A DNA stretch of 64,000 bases from an uncultured Nitrososphaerota archaeon (GCA_964594835.1 CAZQNA010000007.1:52058-116057), one strand, 5' to 3'. Numbered from the stretch's first letter, positions 40,858-56,182 are shown. Notes: generated from the letters alone by a model not told the origin. Program-made: numbers and translations.

Positions 40858-41709
40858 TCACCGGATCCTCTTCTCGTAGACGAGCATTCCCCTGGTCTTT
40901 GGATACCTGAATCCCGCTTCCACAAGTCCGCGAAGGGTCTCCTCCGACCACCTGATCTGCCCGTAAACCCTCTCGATCTTCAGCCTCCCGGCCTCGAGCC
41001 GCGCGAGGGCCCCCAGCTCCCTGGCTGCCTCCCTCGACCCCGACAGGTAGTCGATCATCAGGAGTGACCCGCCGAACGAGAATGGCTGCCAAAGGGCCAC
41101 GCCCTCGTACCTCCCCACAGCGAAGGCGAACCCCTCTTCGGAGTAGAGCCTCACGTCTTCCGTCGTGAGGGTGGAGAAGGAGTACCAGTCGAACTTCAGG
41201 GGCCTCCCGTCCCTCCGCCTGGCCCAGGCCTCGACGGACCGCGCCTCCTCCGGCTCGACCGACCTGACGGAGTCAGCCTCCGCCCTCCCTGCTCGGGGGC
41301 GGGCGTAGACCCTGGCCGTCCTCGCCCTCAGCTCAAAGCTCAGCTTCTCGGCCAGCCTCTGGGCCGCCCGGTTCCTCACCGAGGTCGCCAGTGTGACCAG
41401 GGACCTCCCCCTCGACCTTGCCCTCTCCACGCACTCGAGCGTGAGCTCGGTCGCGACCCCCATCCTCCTGTAGGCCGGGTGCACCCTGGCCCCGGCCAGG
41501 TATGCCTCGTCGGCCGGCCTGTACTCGACGTACATCACGCCGACTATCCTACCGTCGGCCTCCGCCACCAGGAGGTCCCCTTCTGGGGAGGACACCCAGC
41601 CCCTCCAGACGCCCATGATGTAGTCCCCGCCACCCCAGACCTCGGCTAGCATCTCGGCGACCTGCCTCCTGTCCGAGGGCGCGGCCTCCCGGATCGCGAT
41701 CTGAGGCAT
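40858..41709 (-). CDS. GNAT family N-acetyltransferase
   Basis: RVHPAYRRMGVA acetyl-CoA motif; NRAAQRLAEKLSF. Confidence 0.88.
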   Translation of the reverse strand: MPQIAIREAAPSDRRQVAEMLAEVWGGGDYIMGVWRGWVSSPEGDLLVAEADGRIVGVMYVEYRPADEAYLAGARVHPAYRRMGVATELTLECVERARSRGRSLVTLATSVRNRAAQRLAEKLSFELRARTARVYARPRAGRAEADSVRSVEPEEARSVEAWARRRDGRPLKFDWYSFSTLTTEDVRLYSEEGFAFAVGRYEGVALWQPFSFGGSLLMIDYLSGSREAARELGALARLEAGRLKIERVYGQIRWSEETLRGLVEAGFRYPKTRGMLVYEKRIR

Positions 41710-41751
41710 CCCCCTGGCTGGGCCCGTCCCCCCTAAAACCCCTCACGGCAT

Positions 41752-41770
41752 AGTAACGGAAAGGTTTATA
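41752..41770 (+). promoter_or_regulatory. Imperfect operator overlapping BRE/TATA of the heat-shock regulator
   Basis: AGTAACGGAAAGGTTTAT overlaps TTTATA (41765-41770). Confidence 0.55.
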
Positions 41771-41797
41771 GTCCGCGTGGGCGACTCTCAGACCGGA

Positions 41798-42298
41798 ATG
41801 GCTGGGGACTATGCCCTGAGGGACCTCCTGGAAATCATGAAGCTTTTGTCTAGCGAGACCAGGCTGAGGATACTGGAGATACTCTCGGAGGAGCCGGTCT
41901 ACCTGGAGGAGCTGGCTAGGCAGATGGAGATGACGAGGCAGGCTGTGCTGAAGCACCTGGAGGCCCTCTCTCAGCTGGGCATAGTCTCCCCGCTGAGAGA
42001 GCAGAGGGGTCCGAGGGGGCCTCCAAGGACGTTCTACGTGCTCAACAGGTCCCTCCACCTGTCGGTCCACGTCGGGAGGGGGGGCGTCCTGCTGCGAACC
42101 GCATCCCCAGCCATGCCCGATAGGGTCTCCCTAGACTCCCTCAAGAGGCTGGTGGAGGAGGGCGAATCTCTGGTTGAGAGAGACCCGGATGCCGCCCTGA
42201 AGCTCACGGATCAGGCTCTCCGAGAGCTCTCGGACCTGGAGTCATACGTCCTCTGGCTCAGGGAGCGGGCAGCTCGGCGGAAGGTTTATATATGGTAG
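41798..42298 (+). CDS. ArsR-like wHTH heat-shock regulator (HSR1/Phr-like)
   Basis: TRLRILEIL, MTRQAVLKHL, GPPRTFY; precedes hsp20-cdc48; ATG 41798 sits ~27 nt after TATA (alternative GTG 41777). Confidence 0.85.
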   Translation: MAGDYALRDLLEIMKLLSSETRLRILEILSEEPVYLEELARQMEMTRQAVLKHLEALSQLGIVSPLREQRGPRGPPRTFYVLNRSLHLSVHVGRGGVLLRTASPAMPDRVSLDSLKRLVEEGESLVERDPDAALKLTDQALRELSDLESYVLWLRERAARRKVYIW

Positions 42299-42316
42299 AG
42301 TAACCAAAAGGTTACT
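42281..42316 (+). promoter_or_regulatory. hsp20 promoter (TTTATATA) with perfect palindrome AGTAACC-AAAA-GGTTACT
   Basis: TATA at 42285-42292; inverted repeat at 42299-42316 over the expected start site. Confidence 0.75.
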
Positions 42317-42338
42317 ATGGACGCACCGACGGAGGGGG

Positions 42339-42848
42339 GTGATAGGGGTGTACTGGAGCAGGTGGTTCCGGAGGATAATGGAGGACCTCGAGAGGGAGTT
42401 TGAGAGGTTCGAGATGGAGCTTGACAGGATGTTCAGCTCCGTCGGCAGGGGGCGCGGCGAGGTCATTGGGCCGTACGTCTACGGGTTCAGCGTCACCATC
42501 GGACCCGAAGGCATTCCGGTGGTCAGGACCTTCGGAAACGTTCCCAGGGCCGAGGAGGGGTACAGGACCCCGTTCGTCGACGTGATAGTCGACGAGAAGG
42601 CGAATCAGGTCAGGGTGATAGCCGAGCTGCCCGGGGTCAGCAAGGAGGACATCGACATAGACGCCACCGAGCGCAGCGTGGAGATCAGGGCCGAGCGGGG
42701 GGACAGGAAGTACAGAGCCGTCGTGGACCTGCCGATAGAGGTCGACGTCAACAGCGCCAGGGCCAGCTACAACAACGGCGTCCTGGAGATAACGTTCAAG
42801 CCGAGGCGCGAGGTCAGGCCGAGGGGCACCAAGATCAGGGTGGAGTGA
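42339..42848 (+). CDS. hsp20: Archaeal small heat shock protein Hsp20
   Basis: GPYVYGFSVTIGPEG, AELPGVSKEDI, ASYNNGVLEI. Confidence 0.95.
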   Translation: MIGVYWSRWFRRIMEDLEREFERFEMELDRMFSSVGRGRGEVIGPYVYGFSVTIGPEGIPVVRTFGNVPRAEEGYRTPFVDVIVDEKANQVRVIAELPGVSKEDIDIDATERSVEIRAERGDRKYRAVVDLPIEVDVNSARASYNNGVLEITFKPRREVRPRGTKIRVE

Positions 42849-42868
42849 GCCCCCTCCCCACCTTTTTA
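42849..42868 (+). terminator. Putative pyrimidine/oligo-T terminator after hsp20
   Basis: C-rich tract followed by TTTTT immediately after the stop codon. Confidence 0.4.
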
Positions 42869-42923
42869 CGGTGTGTCCTTTGGTAGGGTTAGATGAATCC
42901 GCGAAGTTTGCGATCAGATTTGA

Positions 42924-45203
<2,280 letters not shown>

Positions 45204-45352
45204 AGAGGCAACGTCCCACTCCCTGCCCCCCTTTATCCGATGGGGCTACCTCGCGTAAGCTTAGGGTCAGACGCGCCGAGGGGCGCGCGTCGAGGAGGAG
45301 TTCAACGTCGTCTTCTTGGAGGACTACGAGTAGGCCCCGCCTCAAGAAATAT

Positions 45353-45418
45353 GTCAACCTATTGGTTGATAAATTTCGAGCTTCAGCCTCTGCATTCTCT
45401 GTAAACCAACAGTTTTAA
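45353..45418 (+). promoter_or_regulatory. Promoter with two operator copies
   Basis: GTCAACC-TATT-GGTTGAT at 45353-45370; GTAAACC-AACA-GTTTTAA at 45401-45418 overlaps a TATA 25 nt before ATG 45444. Confidence 0.65.
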
Positions 45419-45443
45419 TCTGTCCCCGCGTCAATCCCCGGCC

Positions 45444-45803
45444 ATGAGCCTGAAGCGGGTCGTCCTCACGGAGGAGGACAACGCGATAATAGAGATGGGC
45501 AGGGCCCTGTTCCCCTCAAAGGGAGACAAGCTCAGGTTCAAGGTGATGAAGGCCCTCCTCCTAGGCCCCCACACTCAGGCCGAACTCTACGAGATGCTGA
45601 GGGCGGAGAACGGCGTCACCCGGCAGGCGGTCCACAAGGCCTGCGCGACCCTCAGGAGGGCCGGGCTCATAGAGGAGGTGGACGGAGGGGGCAGGCGCAA
45701 GGAGTACAGGATCTCCGTCCTGGGCAAGAAGCTGCTGGGCTTCCTGTACGAGCTTCAGAGGGAGCGAGAGGCGATGGAGGTGACAGGCGGAAGTGAGGAG
45801 TGA
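45444..45803 (+). CDS. Winged-helix transcriptional regulator
   Basis: RFKVMKALL, VTRQAVHKACATLRRAGLIE, RRKEYRIS. Confidence 0.85.
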   Translation: MSLKRVVLTEEDNAIIEMGRALFPSKGDKLRFKVMKALLLGPHTQAELYEMLRAENGVTRQAVHKACATLRRAGLIEEVDGGGRRKEYRISVLGKKLLGFLYELQREREAMEVTGGSEE

Positions 45804-47532
45804 AGTGGTGAGGCTGGCTGTCGTGGACCTCTACCACGCTGGGCTCACCCAGGAGGAGTTCAGGAGGAGGTTCTCGGAACTCCTCAGGGTGTTCTCCGAG
45901 CTGGGCTGCGAGGTCGAGGTGGCCGAGAGCCCCCGGCAGCTGGAGGAGCTGCTCATAGAGGCCTCCCTCCTGCTGATGCTGGGCCCACTGTCGTCTCCTC
46001 CGGAGGACGTCGATCTGCTCAGGTCCTTCGTCGAGGGGGGGAAGGGCCTCGCCTTCGCCGGGTGCGGCAGGGGGGGCGCCCGACCCCGGCTGGAGTGGGC
46101 GGGAGTGACCGTCAACAGGGACCTGGTCAGGGATCCGAGGAGCTGTCACGGGGGGCTCGAGGAGACCCCGGTGACCGAGGAGGTTCTCAGGGAGCACCCG
46201 GCCTGCGAGGGGGCCTACAGGGTCTGCTTCCACGCCCCCTCCTCCCTGGAGGTGAGGGACCCCTCGCTTGCCAAGCCCGTGTGCTACGGCAGCATGACGG
46301 CGGTCTCGGTGAGGGAGTCTGGAGAGGTGGCTCAGGAGGGCTTCCCGGCCCTCGCCGTGGCCTCCGAGGTCGGGAGCGGCAGGGTCTTCGTCATCGGAGA
46401 CTCGGACTTCCTGTCGGACGACTACATAGCGGAGTACGACAACAGGATACTGGCCCGCAGCCTCCTCTCCTGGCTCTTGGGCCTCAGGAGGAGGATGGGC
46501 AAGAGGAAGAGGGTCACGATCTACCCGCCCGTGAGCCTCAGCCCGGAGGACGACGAGGGCTTCTACAGGATGGCCTGGGACCTCTACACGAGGGGGTACG
46601 GCGTGGAGGTCTCCGACGAGATACCCGCCGGTCCCCCGCCAGACGTCCTGATCCTCCTGGACCTCCCCTCCGAGCCGACCGCCGAGCAGGTCGAGTCGCT
46701 GGAGAGGTTCGTGGAGAGGGGGGGCGGGCTCCTTGTCCTGCTCGACCGCTCCAGGGTCGAAAGGCTGGACAGGATAAACGGGCTCCTGGAGAGGTTCGGG
46801 GTCAGGGTGAACAGGACGCCGGTCCGCGGGAGGGGGGAGTTCGAGTGGGACCCTACACACCCCCTCGGCGCCATGCTCACGAGGTTCCACCTCTTCAAGC
46901 CCCTCCCGATGAGGGTCGCCAGGCCGGCAGTCGAGGTGGCCCTGTGGGGCAGGTTCGGGGGGTTCAGCTGCGTCCTGGCCGCGGCCACCAGGGGAGAGGG
47001 CAGGGTCGTGGTCATCGGGGAGGACTGGCCCTTCAGGAGCCACAGCTACTGGCGAGACGGGCACTACGAGATAATCCGGGCATCGATCTCTTGGCTGACG
47101 GAGGGCCTCGCCCCCAGTCAGGAGTACGCTCAGGGCGTCGACCTGCTGAGGAGGGAGATCGCCAGGCTGAGGAACGAGGTTGAGGAGCTGAGGCTAGAGA
47201 GGAGCAGGCTCGTCGCGGAGCTCAGGGCCGTAAACGGAGAGGAGATTAGGATAGAGACCCTGAAGAGGCTGGTCAAGGTCGAGGAGCTGGCGAAGGCGGT
47301 CTCCTCCATGATCTCCGAGATGAGCGTGGCGGAGATGGATGTCGAGCTGGCCAGGGCCGTCGTCGAGGCCTGCGTGGCCGGGCTGAGGAGGGCATACGAC
47401 ACCTTCGACAGGCACCCCAAGGCCGCGCACGAGGTCGCCGAGGCCCTCTCCCTCGTGCTATCCTCCCTGAGGGGGATTGCCGAGCAGAGGGCGGCTGAGG
47501 CCGCCCCGGAGGGGAGGTTGAGAGATGAGTAG
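45793..47532 (+). CDS. Soluble tandem GIFT/DUF4350 (GldG/IFT52-like, GATase-fold) protein with C-terminal coiled coil
   Basis: Two repeats: FVEGGKGL..GSGRVFVIGDSDFLSD..DNRIL..SWL and FVERGGGLLVL..GEGRVVVIGE..ISWL; heptad segment after. Confidence 0.7.
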   Translation: MRSEVVRLAVVDLYHAGLTQEEFRRRFSELLRVFSELGCEVEVAESPRQLEELLIEASLLLMLGPLSSPPEDVDLLRSFVEGGKGLAFAGCGRGGARPRLEWAGVTVNRDLVRDPRSCHGGLEETPVTEEVLREHPACEGAYRVCFHAPSSLEVRDPSLAKPVCYGSMTAVSVRESGEVAQEGFPALAVASEVGSGRVFVIGDSDFLSDDYIAEYDNRILARSLLSWLLGLRRRMGKRKRVTIYPPVSLSPEDDEGFYRMAWDLYTRGYGVEVSDEIPAGPPPDVLILLDLPSEPTAEQVESLERFVERGGGLLVLLDRSRVERLDRINGLLERFGVRVNRTPVRGRGEFEWDPTHPLGAMLTRFHLFKPLPMRVARPAVEVALWGRFGGFSCVLAAATRGEGRVVVIGEDWPFRSHSYWRDGHYEIIRASISWLTEGLAPSQEYAQGVDLLRREIARLRNEVEELRLERSRLVAELRAVNGEEIRIETLKRLVKVEELAKAVSSMISEMSVAEMDVELARAVVEACVAGLRRAYDTFDRHPKAAHEVAEALSLVLSSLRGIAEQRAAEAAPEGRLRDE

Positions 47533-50131
47533 GGTCGTCCTCGCCTCCTCCGCGATCTTGCTGGCCCTGGCCTCCCTTCCCACTCCGCACGTCCTCCTCG
47601 CCGCGGGAGGGGGGAAGGTCCTGTACGACGTCTATCACAGCTCGCTGGAGCCGTCTCAGTTCGGGACCCTGGTCGAGCAGATCCAGTTCCTGGGATTCTC
47701 CCTCACGCTGACCGACGCCAACCTCAGCTCGATAGACCTGAGCGAGTACAGCCTGGTCATCATAGCCTGCCCGTCAAGGCCCCTCGACCAGTCCGAGCTG
47801 GAGGCCCTGGTGAACTACACGATGCGGGGAGGGTCCATCCTCATCTTGGGGGGTCCGGAGTACGCGGAATACATCAACCCGCTCTCAGAATCCTTTGGGG
47901 TCCTGTTCACCGGACTGGTCGTGGTGGACGGGGGCGGGAGCGAGGTCATCCTCGGCTACCCGTCCGGGGAGCCGGCCTCTGGGGTGAGGTCGGTCCTGCT
48001 GGCCAATGCGTCCAGGCTGCTCCTGAGGCCCCCCGCCCGCCCGGTGCTGAACTCCTCCCCGACCAGCTGGGTGGACACCATTCCCGACGGGCTGAAGGAG
48101 GTTGAGGAGACCTCAGGCCCCCTTCCCCTGGCCGCGGCGTCCTCCCTCGGGAGGGGGAGGGCCGCGTTCATCTCGTCTCCGTTCCCCCTGTCCGACAGCC
48201 TGGTCTGGGGTCTGGACAACAGGGAGTTCGCCTTCTGCCTGCTGGAGTGGCTGCTGGAGGCCCCGCTCGCCAGGTCCTCACTGGAGAGGGCCAGGGCGGA
48301 GCTGGTCCACGCGCGCAGAGAGGGGGTGGACGCCTCGGTGGCCGAGACCCTGCTGAGCGGGGCCGAGGAGAGCCTCCAGTCGGGGGACTACGGGAGGTCC
48401 CTGGCCCTCAGCAGGCTGTCCCTCCAGGTTCTGAACCTCTCTAGGTCCCTTGAGAACGCAGAGGCCCTCGTCTCGGAGGCGTCCTCCCTGCTGGCAGCCG
48501 AGGAGGCCCGGGGGAGGGAGCACCCCTCCGAGGGACACAGGCTCCAGGGGATCGCAGACTCGCTTCTCGAGGTCCGGAGGAACCTGTCTGGGCTGACCGC
48601 GGAGATCGTGGGCGATCCGGCCGACGAGCACTACGCCCTGCTCGAGGCCCTGACCGTGGAGGTCGATTCTCTGGCGAGCGAGGCGAGGTCGATAGCGGAT
48701 GCCCTGCGCTCGTCCGCCTGGCTGGCGGCCAGGGCAGCCGTGAGGGAGGCCTTCACCGCGCTCGCCAGGCTGAACCTCACCGCCAGGGAGGCCGGAGAGT
48801 ACGGAGCCAGCGTGGACGATCTCAGGGGGGAGTGCAGGCGCCTGTGGGAGTGCCTGGTCTGCGCAAACTCGACCTCATCGGACCCGTACGCGCTCGAGGG
48901 CGCCGCCGACGAGATACGCTCGAGGGCCGAGGCCCTCCTGGCCGAGGCCGAGAGGAGGAGGGGTGGCGCCAAGGTCGCCCAGGAGGCAATTTCTCAGGCG
49001 TCTTCGGCCCTCGCCCTTGCCAGCCTGAGGATGGAGAGGGCCAGGTGGCTCATGGTGAACACCTCGCCCTTCGAGGAGAGGCTCTCCCAGGCCAGCGACC
49101 TGCTCGAGGAGGCCAGGACCGAGCTCGGGGAGAACAGGTTTGAGTTGGCGAGGCTGGCCGCCGAGGAGTCCCTCAGGGTGTCAGAGGGGGTCGCATCAGA
49201 GCTGGAGAAGTCCATGAGGCTGAGGATCGTGGTGGCGACCCTGTTCTCGTGCCTCCTCGTCGCAGTCGCGGCGGTGGCCGCGGTGGCGCTCAGGAGGGGT
49301 AGAGGGGGCCCGAGCGCGGGGGCTGAGGGGGCCGGCGCGGAGCCCCCCGCCGGACCGCCCCCCGCCATTAGGTCCAAGCTGGAGAAGGCGAGGAGGGTTG
49401 CGGAGGAGGCCGAGGTGGCCCTCGGGGCCTCTCTGTACGGGAGGGAGGAGGCTCCCTCTCTCCTGAGGGAGGGGGCCGACCTCGTCGAGCGGCTCTGGGC
49501 GCAGGGGAGGGGGGAGGAGTGCGGAAGGGTCCTGGAGAAGCTGGAGAGGGCCGCCGAGGAGGTCTCCGAGGAGGTTACGCGAGAGCTGGAGAGGGCGTAT
49601 GAGGAGTCCTGGCTGCCGACGCTCAGGGAGGCTCTGCTGTCTCACCCCACGGGAGCCAAGATACCGCTGTCAGAACTCTCCAGCATCCCCGCCGTCGCGC
49701 TGAAGTGGATGCTGAGAGGGAGGGCTCAGAGAGACATCCTCGGGCTCCGCACAGACGGAGAGTTCGTGTGGGTGGAGGCCGGGGTAGAGGCCGAGCCCCA
49801 GAAGGAGGAGCCGAGGGCTCCAGAGACCCCGGCCTCCATCGCTCAGGCCGAGGACAGGCTGCGCAGAGCCGCGCTCAGCGCGGCCATGGAGAGCCTGGAG
49901 GCGGGGAGATCCGGCAGAGCGGCCATCAGCCTAGACGGCCTCCTGGACGACTTCGACCAGGGCGTCAGGAGGGAGGCTCTGCGATCCTTCGAGGACGAGA
50001 TGCTCGAGAGGTACGACATCAGGTGCTTCATCAGAGGCAGCACGCTGGTGCTGGAGGGGGACCTGAGGGAGCTCTTGGTCGACGAGGTTAAGCGCGAGCT
50101 GTCAGGGAGGAACCCTGAGGGGTCGACCTGA
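47525..50131 (+). CDS. Single-pass membrane protein: signal, GIFT-like domain, helical repeats, TM, cytoplasmic helical region
   Basis: KVLYDVYH, YTMRGGSILILG, GRGRAAFIS, DNREFAFCLLEWL; TM IVVATLFSCLLVAVAAVAAVAL followed by RRGR. Confidence 0.7.
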   Translation: MSRVVLASSAILLALASLPTPHVLLAAGGGKVLYDVYHSSLEPSQFGTLVEQIQFLGFSLTLTDANLSSIDLSEYSLVIIACPSRPLDQSELEALVNYTMRGGSILILGGPEYAEYINPLSESFGVLFTGLVVVDGGGSEVILGYPSGEPASGVRSVLLANASRLLLRPPARPVLNSSPTSWVDTIPDGLKEVEETSGPLPLAAASSLGRGRAAFISSPFPLSDSLVWGLDNREFAFCLLEWLLEAPLARSSLERARAELVHARREGVDASVAETLLSGAEESLQSGDYGRSLALSRLSLQVLNLSRSLENAEALVSEASSLLAAEEARGREHPSEGHRLQGIADSLLEVRRNLSGLTAEIVGDPADEHYALLEALTVEVDSLASEARSIADALRSSAWLAARAAVREAFTALARLNLTAREAGEYGASVDDLRGECRRLWECLVCANSTSSDPYALEGAADEIRSRAEALLAEAERRRGGAKVAQEAISQASSALALASLRMERARWLMVNTSPFEERLSQASDLLEEARTELGENRFELARLAAEESLRVSEGVASELEKSMRLRIVVATLFSCLLVAVAAVAAVALRRGRGGPSAGAEGAGAEPPAGPPPAIRSKLEKARRVAEEAEVALGASLYGREEAPSLLREGADLVERLWAQGRGEECGRVLEKLERAAEEVSEEVTRELERAYEESWLPTLREALLSHPTGAKIPLSELSSIPAVALKWMLRGRAQRDILGLRTDGEFVWVEAGVEAEPQKEEPRAPETPASIAQAEDRLRRAALSAAMESLEAGRSGRAAISLDGLLDDFDQGVRREALRSFEDEMLERYDIRCFIRGSTLVLEGDLRELLVDEVKRELSGRNPEGST

Positions 50132-50174
50132 CTGCCCATGGGGATTCGACCCGCCCCCCGCCGTCCAGAGTGCG

Positions 50175-53610
<3,436 letters not shown>

Positions 53611-53624
53611 CCTCCTCCCCTCAT

Positions 53625-53712
53625 GTAAACTATATGGTAGACAGAAATATTCAGACTCTCCACCACTATCTACCGGGATTACTCTTAATTCTACGTAAAC
53701 TCTAAGGTTGAT
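53625..53712 (-). promoter_or_regulatory. Two operator copies upstream of the wH-PspA-like gene
   Basis: GTAAACT-ATAT-GGTAGAC at 53625-53642 and GTAAACT-CTAA-GGTTGAT at 53695-53712. Confidence 0.6.
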
Positions 53713-53899
53713 ATATCGGATGGGTGAAGCGATCTCCCACCTCCATGAGCGGCAAGCGATGTCGGCGTGGCTCGCCGCGGTGGAAGTCCCGATAGCTGGG
53801 CTGGAGGGCCTATCCTGCGGTAAGAGGTTTTAACGAGGTGTTGCGCTAACCTGCGAGAACGGGAGCGCTAATATCCCTCCCTCCGGCCTCATCTGACGT

Positions 53900-54436
53900 A
53901 TGCCAGAGAGATCGTTCGACCTGATGGTCACGACCCCTCGAAACATGGAGCGGGCCGCGGCGCATGAGATAGAGTCCGCGCTTAGAGATCTTGGGGATCC
54001 AAGCCCTGAGGCCTGGCCGAGCACCGTGAGAGGAATAATCTTCGTGAGGACCTCACTGAGCAGGTCTGAGGTGATAGAGGGACTCAGGAAGATGGCCAGG
54101 GAGAGGCCCTTCAACCTGGTCAACGTGAAGAGGATCATTCCGGTGGATGAGACAACGGAAACTGCCATCGAGAAAATCGTGGACGCCGCCGAGAAGCTTG
54201 CAGACAAGGTAGCCGAGGGTGAGACCTACAGGGTCACGGTGGAGAAGAGGCACACCCAGCTTCACTCCATGGACATCATCAGGGCCGTAGCGGCGAAGTT
54301 TGACAGGAAGGTTGACCTAGAGAACCCAGACAAGGTGGTCTTGGTGGAAATCGTGGGCCCGGTCACGGCCATCTCCGTGATAAGGCCCGATGAGCTCATC
54401 TCCGTCGAGAGGGAGTGGCAGAGCTTCAGGGAGTGA
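53900..54436 (+). CDS. THUMP-domain RNA-binding protein (Tan1-like)
   Basis: TYRVTVEKRHT, KVDLENPDKVVLVEIVG. Confidence 0.9.
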   Translation: MPERSFDLMVTTPRNMERAAAHEIESALRDLGDPSPEAWPSTVRGIIFVRTSLSRSEVIEGLRKMARERPFNLVNVKRIIPVDETTETAIEKIVDAAEKLADKVAEGETYRVTVEKRHTQLHSMDIIRAVAAKFDRKVDLENPDKVVLVEIVGPVTAISVIRPDELISVEREWQSFRE

Positions 54437-54609
54437 GGGCGACAGCGCCGCAGTCCCACCTCAGGTCGGTTCGGGGCGCCTGGGGGCTGGGCCTCAGGTG
54501 CGCCTAGCCCACGTCGTGCGGCAGATTCAATTCTCCTCCTCCAGTTCCACTAAGAAAGGGAGGGGAGGGGGGAAGGGAGCCGCTCCTGAGGGTCACTCTG
54601 CTCCTGGGG

Positions 54610-54786
54610 TCACTCAGTCCGCCCCTCCAGCTCGTTGAGCGCCTTCCTGATCATGAGAAGCTGCCGCTGCAGTATCTCCCTCTGCTTGTCCAAGATCTCG
54701 AGCTGCGTCTGGATCACCCAGCGCTGGAACTCCAGCGCCTCCCTCTGCCTCTCTATCAGGTGCTCCGGCGGCCTAGGCGGCCCCAC
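54610..54786 (-). CDS. 58-aa coiled-coil ORF (DUF5320-like tail), possibly the frameshifted C-terminus of the upstream gene
   Basis: Own translation VGPPRPPEHLIERQREALEFQRWVIQTQLEILDKQREILQRQLLMIRKALNELEGRTE; genome-typical codons; below the ORF-track cutoff. Confidence 0.55.
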   Translation of the reverse strand: MGPPRPPEHLIERQREALEFQRWVIQTQLEILDKQREILQRQLLMIRKALNELEGRTE

Positions 54787-55198
54787 TGGGATGGGGTAGC
54801 GCGCGGGGAGCTGGAGGGGGGATCTGAGGCCAGGCAGCGGCCGTTGGAGGCCAGGGCCCAGCTGCGGGCGCGTCGGTGGCCGCCTCGACGGCCTCCCTCA
54901 CCGTCACCCCGCCCATCCCCGGGAGGACCCACACCCCCGACCTGGCCAGCTCTGCGGCCTCGACTGGGCTCACGAGCCCCGTTATGAGGACATAGGCCCC
55001 GGAGTCTCTGAGAACACCTGCCACGTGGCGAGGGTCTTTCTCCCCGGGATCCATGCGGATCACCTCAACCTCCCAGGTGGAGGGATCCACGACCGTGATT
55101 GTCGAGGCGTCCCCCAGCGAGTTCGAGACCCTCGCGTCAAGCCCGCCGGGATCGTCCGTGGTGACCGCCACCTTTCCCGCAGGACCCGCCCACAGCAT
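54773..55198 (-). CDS. Divergent NifB/NifX-family protein
   Basis: KVAVTTDDPGGLDARVS..GDA..ITVVD, VLITG, GVTVREAVE; ATG 55198. Confidence 0.7.
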   Translation of the reverse strand: MLWAGPAGKVAVTTDDPGGLDARVSNSLGDASTITVVDPSTWEVEVIRMDPGEKDPRHVAGVLRDSGAYVLITGLVSPVEAAELARSGVWVLPGMGGVTVREAVEAATDAPAAGPWPPTAAAWPQIPPPAPRALPHPSGAA

Positions 55199-55203
55199 CC
55201 GCC

Positions 55204-55476
55204 TCACCACCACAGAAGGAGCCACGGCAGGGCCCAGTAGGTTCCGAGGAGGAGCCCCCCCAGGATGGGCAGCGCGGCGACCTTCCACCACTCGCCCGAG
55301 GTTGACGCGGGCCAGCCCCACCAGTACCAGTACCACGGGTACCACGCGTAGGACCAGTCCCAGAGCCAGTACCAGGGATAGCTCCAGTAGAGGGTCATGA
55401 AGGGGTAGTAGGGGAACATCAGGTCCAGGTACTAGTAGGGGTAGACCGTCCCCAACCAGAACCAGGGGTTATACAT
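55204..55476 (-). pseudogene. Trp/Tyr/Pro-rich small protein interrupted by an in-frame TAG at codon 15
   Basis: MYNPWFWLGTVYPY*YLDLMFPYYPF...LLLWW in one frame; TAG at 55432-55434; TATA TTTATTAA upstream of ATG 55476. Confidence 0.55.
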
Positions 55477-56182
55477 CTGGCCGCGACTTCGTTGGTCGAT
55501 TGCGTTAATAAACTTTTACTCTTCGCGGGGACAGTCGAACCGAAGAGGCGGTGCAGCCGATCTTCACGGCGATTGCCAGCCGCAAAAGGGGGTTTGAGGT
55601 AGGATAGATGCATTAACATCAGAGGTTTCATCGGATCTCTCGCCGGAGGCCAGTGGCGCCGTACTGACCACATACGGCGGGCCCCCGGAGCGGCCGATCG
55701 CCCTCTTTGCCCTCCCTCAACTTCTATCTGCTGGACCTCCTCTATCTGGACCTGCGACGCCTCACCCCCGTCAGGATACTTCAATCCAGTGATCGCGGCC
55801 CCGAAGAACAGCGTCGGCGAGTTCCAGAGTGAGAATGAAATGGCCTCGCGCGTGACATCGTTTGGGCACTTCCTTTCCCGGCTTTCGGCTGGGTTTGGCC
55901 GCTCCGCGTGAGCTGAGGGGTTCCTGCGCGGGAGGTACTTTACCTCACAAGTTTATACGCCCCGTCTCCAACTGAAAAACCGAGATTGGAGTGAGAGTCC
56001 GGAGGCGTTGGAGAAGGCGCAGAGGCTGGGGTTGGAGGGCGAGCCGTCGCTTGGTGGGGAATTCGCGTTGGACAAGGCTCCCTGTAGGCACCGGACACGT
56101 GATGCTGGCGTCCATTCCATCTTCAGGGCTCCACACTCATCGCCCAGCCGAGGGGAGTGCGATCCCCTCCGAAATTCGTCCG

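Noticed and set aside
50132-50174. T-loop-like GGGATTCGACCC between convergent genes
   Set aside because: No cloverleaf or acceptor stem; not a tRNA or a supportable att site.
55500-56180. About 700 bp of unassigned DNA with short ORFs
   Set aside because: Possibly decayed sequence, but nothing can be supported by eye.
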